Source of the DNA: Balanoglossus misakiensis
Lineage: Eukaryota; Animalia; Hemichordata
Direction: 5' to 3'
Length of the DNA stretch: 64,000 nt
Assembly (NCBI GenBank): GCA_040954595.2
Contig: CM082579.2
Coordinates: 11,087,625-11,151,624 of the forward strand
Below are positions 58,898-64,000 of the stretch, in pieces. A model generated the notes under the pieces. That model was not told the DNA's origin and made no database searches. It saw only the letters and a program-made list of their open reading frames with translations. Positions within the stretch are counted from its first letter, which is position 1. Every line of letters begins with the position of its first letter. The position numbers were made by a program, and so were the translations under genes.

Positions 58898-61800
58898 ATG
58901 AAATACCGAGTGGCCTTTGTCGTCATCGCGCTTTTAGCCAGCGTATTCTATGTGTTAGTGTTTCTGCGGGACATCAAGCATTATCTAATCGCGACAAATG
59001 TGGCGGCTACCCCGTCTTCTCAACAATCCGACTATACACCAGATAGTCTGCAAACCGGAAATGTTAGAAACGTATCTGGAGAGGTTACGTCGCACAAAGC
59101 CGGGGAAGCGGAAACATTACATATCACGACTGGTCTTACTGGTTCATCACACGCAGACGATGGCGACCCATTCAGTTACACAAGATTAGATCGGTCTAAG
59201 GTATAGTATCTACATAATAAATCAGTCATCATATTGGTTCCTATGTCCGAAAATCTAATCGGTCGAAAACGCATACAGCTCCGCACAGGGAGGTCAAGGT
59301 CATATGGTTGCATCAAAGATCGGGATGCCGCTTAAGCTACTACTAAACTGGATATAGGCCAAGTCCAGGGATATACCTAATACTGTATTGGTTTGGGAAG
59401 TAGCCAACATACCATCGTTCAGAAACGTAGCAAGAATCTATCTCAAACATACATACATACATACATACATACATACATACATACATACATACATACATAC
59501 ATACATACATACATACATACATACATACATACATACATACATACATACATACATACATACATACATACATACATAGTATACATACATACATACAGACGCA
59601 TACAGACACACACCCACACATAAAATACATACACGCATAAACATTGTTTATTGACATGACTAAAATATTCTTTTATCTCTAACTGTGTAATTGTGCAAAC
59701 TATACTGTTTATATGAAATTGTTGAAAGATTAAGTACGTTCTCACATAATTCACGCACTTCGCTTGTATAGTCTAATGTTTATGATGTGGCGTAAGCGTA
59801 AAACGCTGCTCTGAAAAAGTAGAATTATCGTGTGTCACACATATTTCTTTCGGCATACTTTCGATGGAATATGATTACGTATTCGTTGAGGCTTTTGAAT
59901 TAGGCAGGTTTACAAAATGAAAGAGTATTTGACGAAAACAATCTGTCTACTGACATACGTCTGCCACTAGATATGCTTTGGTAAAAAATTGCAGTTTGAG
60001 TTTGTAAAGCAGGGTCAGTCCAACTACAGTATGTGCTCCCAATGGTGAAACTCGGCTGCTTGAGTAGTATGGATGAGTTCGATGAGGAGACAAGCGTCTG
60101 GTTTCATTAAAAGTTTTATTGCTAAAAACTTGCTCTACCAAGTTGAACGTTTCGATCCTTCACTGAGGATCTTCTTCGGGGATCTAAAAATGGCAAAATG
60201 TCAGTGGAAAATAAAAATAAAAAGTGAGCTGTACTACAAAATGATTGCTACAAAATTTGCATTTGGTAGCATGCGCATGCGACCGATGCAAATTTTACCG
60301 GTAGGAGACTGTTATGTATCATTCGCATGCGTCCAGAGTGGACAAAGATTTATGACGCAGTAGCCTATATCTGTGTATAGGCCTAATTACATTGTACCTT
60401 AGGCGTACCAGTCAGCTGACCTTTGGTATGATGTGCTCTTAGAGAGGTACCCAAACTTGCTGGTACCCTAAATTCCACGCGGGGAATTTTTTTTCCTGAT
60501 TGAACCACCTTGCAATAACCCCCCCCCCCCCGCACCGCCGAGGTCGCGTATACAACGAGATGTATATGCACTAACCACAGGCGGGTGGGGGGGGGGGGTT
60601 GCTATTAGAAACATGTATATTATATCAACTCGATTTTGTAACTGTTTATATATTAAAAATGATAAGAATGGGCCGTATGCAAAATAAAAACTTCTGGAGA
60701 ACGTTGTATAACGTAAATACAGATTTCGCATTTGACATACTGCTCTAGCTTTTGGAAATATTATACATCTGACGGCTATTTGGTGTGTCGAATTCGAAGG
60801 GTAAATTTGTTGGACTCTGGTGGTTTTCTTATACGTTCTGTAAGTTAACGTGTAGAAATGTTGTTGTTATATTTGCAGGTTTTAGATCTACACTGCAGCC
60901 AATGTGCGTTGGTATCCGCGTCCGGACAACTTTTGAATTCTGGGGCTGGGGCTGAAATCGACGCTACTCCCTGTGTAGTCCGGATGAATCACAGCCCAAC
61001 TGTGAAATTCGAAAAAGACGTGGGTTCAAGAACTACACTTCGATTTCTAGCGCATTCCGCTGTTCCAGATGTGGATCGTCATGCCGCAACCTTATTACGG
61101 GGTTCCGAAAAACCGAAATACATTGTGGTTTGGGGACCACCGAAGGAAATGGAGAGGTCTGGAAATGGCCGTGTGTTCAACTACATTTCTAAAATGCAAA
61201 AGGAATATCCGGATATTGAATTCTATATGTTGGAGAATGATCAGTATGAATATGCTGAACACGTTTTTCAAATCGAAACAGGTAAAAGCCGGTAAGTATT
61301 CATACTGCTATCCTCTATCTTGAATTGCGCCTGGTCAGTGGGCAACTGCAGTATCTAATGGGTATGTCCATGGACAAATGGCCACCTGAATTGTTTTGTG
61401 TACTTTTTTTTCGTCTGCGTTTATTATTCCTAGCCCGGAGACCAGGGCGTCGAAAAGAGTTGTATTCTAGATCGACGCCCTGGTCTCCGGGCTAATTTTT
61501 CCCTCCATTCCAAGCACCATCTCGTGTAATGTTGCTGTGTTTTTTTTAATATCAATATAATTGTGTTTGACGAATGGACATTTTGACGAGCCGTTTTCCC
61601 ATTCAGTAATTCAGGAGGTAGTATCTATATACTGTACAAGCGTGTATTGCAATTATAAGAGAAATTCAGACACAGCAGATTTTTAAAGGTATAATGAATA
61701 ATTAAACATCATTTTTAAAAGCTACATTTCATGCAGGTGGAAAACTATTATATTTTAGAGATTGGAAAACAGGTGACAAACCCCTTATTGTACTTGTTGT

Positions 61801-63114
61801 ATACATGTAGTATATTACTGGCAGCCACGAAGCAAGGTCAAACGTCAAAAGATCTGCCACGCATTCGTGACACGTGAAAATAAATGAATGGTGCGATTAT
61901 ACATGTATGCTGACTCTCATAAAACACGAACAAACCGAACTGTTTGTTGTAGCATTTACATGGAATGGCAAGTAATGAGGGAACGACCAATGCAGAATGT
62001 GGGAGGGAGGCTTTGAAGTGTTATAAAGCGCAGTCGATGTGCATGGACGCGTTGCCAGACAAAGTTTTGTGATTGGCGTCGCGTCGTGTTCGATGGGCAT
62101 GAGCGCTGTTTGGTATCATACAGGTTTTGGAGCAAGACTACAAGTATGCTCTAATAATATTGCCTGAAGAAACTTTATGGCCTTCTCAGGGGAAGAACCA
62201 CTACCTCCAAGTTCATCGACACAGCGCCTATTCATTGCTATCGCCATACATGAAATGAATGTTTCATCGTTCAATCATGTGAATTAGTAATGAAAGCATG
62301 AGGGCTTGTTGTCTACGTCTTACGATAGCTCTGTGTCTGGAAATCCTCTACACGATGTTCACATTAAAACATTCTCACTTATGTTTGTTATGGTATTTGG
62401 CAAAATCTAATGAGTCACTGAACCAATGTGCATTTATCTTACAGATATACCTCGGGCTCATGGTTGTCGACGGGTTTATTTACGATGGTTCTCTTAAGAA
62501 AGATTTGTGATAATATTATTATTTATGGCATGGTGGATTCGGTATATTGCGCGTAAGTATCACGTGTGTGTTTTCTGTTGCACGAGATGCAATTTGAGTC
62601 CAAGTCAAAGACCCGCTATATGAAGTGCTTCTAATTATAGATGTAATAAAAAAAGATTTCTATGTGTGTGGTGTTGCATGTATTAGAGACAGCTAGTGCA
62701 TGCCCAGTTCCACCACAGTCGAGTCCCTTTATCTAGAGGGACTGTGTTTCTATGTATCAATTCTCCCATCTCCTAGCATGTATGTTGCCCTTCCGTCATT
62801 CTAACCAGTAAACACCGGCCACGTATACACAGGGAAACATCTCAAATACAACGGTGTGTTGTTGTGTTTTTCCTTTCAGGCAAAATCCCAGAAGTAACGT
62901 GCCATATCACTACTTCGAACCGACTGGAACGAAAGAGTGTTCGGTCTATCTATTACACGAGAAATCCAGAGAACACGGGCACAGATTTCTGACTGAGAAG
63001 TATATCTTCGAGTCGTGGGCTCTAACCAGAACTTACAATATAACATTTCGCTACCCATCTTTGTCTCTAAAGACTATAGATGACCTCCATAAAACGGCGT
63101 TTCTCAAAACGTAA
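58898..63114 (+). CDS. GT29 sialyltransferase, alpha-N-acetylgalactosaminide alpha-2,6-sialyltransferase of the ST6GalNAc III-VI type, 4 coding exons, ~352 aa
   Basis: Exons 58898-59200, 60879-61291, 62445-62552 and 62880-63114 join in frame (1059 nt). N-terminal type II signal-anchor (MKYRVAFVVIALLASVFYVLVFL). Sialylmotif L: CSQCALVSASGQLLNSGAGAEIDATPCVVRMNHSPTVKFEKDVGSRTT. Sialylmotif S: SWLSTGLFTMVLLRKICDNIIIYGM. Motif III: YHYFE. Motif VS: HRFLTEK. The exact paralogue cannot be assigned. Confidence 0.93.
59447..59574. repeat. (ACAT)n tetranucleotide microsatellite, ~32 units
   Basis: Directly visible. Confidence 0.97.
61431..61494. repeat. Perfect 23-bp-stem hairpin (mini-MITE) in sialyltransferase intron
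   Basis: TAGCCCGGAGACCAGGGCGTCGA, 18-nt loop, TCGACGCCCTGGTCTCCGGGCTA. Confidence 0.9.
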
Positions 63115-63814
63115 CAATAATCGATGTTGTCCTAATCGCATTGAAAGTTGGTGGTATATTGGAAACCATGGTCCTTGGCATCGTCATTTTGCATTGGGTC
63201 GTGTGTACTTGGGGCTGTCGATGCCTCTGTACCGCCAGCCACGCAGTTCTGGGCCAATTTCTTTCAAACGAGGACACAGTGTGTTTCACAACCACGTAGT
63301 CCGATATGGCAACTTGCTATTTCTATCTGTTCGCAATGCTTAAATAACGAATGTACAAACGAATTGAATCATTTCATAGTTGATACAAGTACAGAACACA
63401 GTGACTTGAATATCTGTGTTTGAGTGCAATACGGCTTTGTGGCAGTCAGCTGCATTGATTTCATCCGGAGGTCAATGCTGTTGCTTCACGAGCAAAACAT
63501 CTCAGCAATGGGACGATCAGAATCACGGTAGTGACCGTGTCAGAATTTATTGCTTTTTTTTAATCAATGATAGACAAAAACTTTGGCATGACTACTTGTT
63601 GTGGCATTGCTACTTGATATGTATAATTATATGTATATTATTTATCTACATTATTTAAGCAATAATTTGGACAAAATACATATCATTTTAGACAGTGGGT
63701 TCATAGCTGTTCTGGTACCGTTTCGGTGGTGTTTCTGATGTGGACGAATTTTACAGAGGCCGGTCCGGTTGTGTGAAGTCGTTCACTCTCGCAATGGAAA
63801 ATACCACTATGTTA

Positions 63815-63987
63815 GAGGTGGTCAGTTTCTTCGACCTGGTGGTGGATTCTATTTTGTGGATATCGAAAATTGACTGATCCCCCTTTGAACGTAGAAGTGG
63901 GTGACCCCCCGGTGACCCCCCCTCCCCATCTAAACAGGTTGTCCTCCCCTATGAATCCACCTCCGACCGTAGAAACTGACCAGTACG
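63815..63987. mobile_element. Harbinger-type MITE related to 1688-1860
   Basis: TGGTCAGTTTCT ... AGAAACTGACCA inverted ends, C-rich interior, left TTA. Confidence 0.6.
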
Positions 63988-64000
63988 CACACATGCAAGA

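Noticed and set aside
59343-59754. MYVC/HTYI repeat ORFs
   Set aside because: Translations of the (ACAT)n microsatellite.

Overview
Eukaryotic (animal) genomic DNA, AT-rich, with short spliceosomal introns. The gene content and transposon types fit a marine invertebrate deuterostome such as a hemichordate or echinoderm; this is an inference, not an identification. About 85% of the window is one complete minus-strand gene, the giant PHR-family E3 ubiquitin ligase MYCBP2 (Highwire/RPM-1/Phr1). I traced 73 coding exons by hand from ATG 56573 to TAA 2066; they join in frame to about 4558 aa with RCC1-like, PHR1/PHR2, RAE1-binding/filamin, DOC, B-box and RING-Cys-relay regions. Head-to-head with it is a complete 4-coding-exon GT29 sialyltransferase of the ST6GalNAc III-VI type (58898-63114, +). 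The left edge carries a promoter-like cluster (RFX X-box, E-boxes, CCAAT) of a gene not identifiable here. The introns hold many non-autonomous DNA transposons: several TTAA Kolobok-type MITE families, TA-MITEs, a Harbinger-type MITE, a 9-bp-TSD Mutator-type MITE, a 6-bp-TSD hAT derivative and a 7-bp-TSD foldback element, plus a tRNA-derived SINE. One intron contains a decayed Tigger/pogo transposase directly abutting a decayed piggyBac transposase. I found no convincing wholly new biological system. The best leads are the Tigger-piggyBac composite, the unusual-TSD elements, at least 3 GC-AG introns, an exon starting with a perfect GTAAGT (possible recursive splicing), a uORF overlapping a YY1 motif, and an SP[KR] tandem-repeat tract in MYCBP2. 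All coordinates were read by eye and may be off by a few bases.
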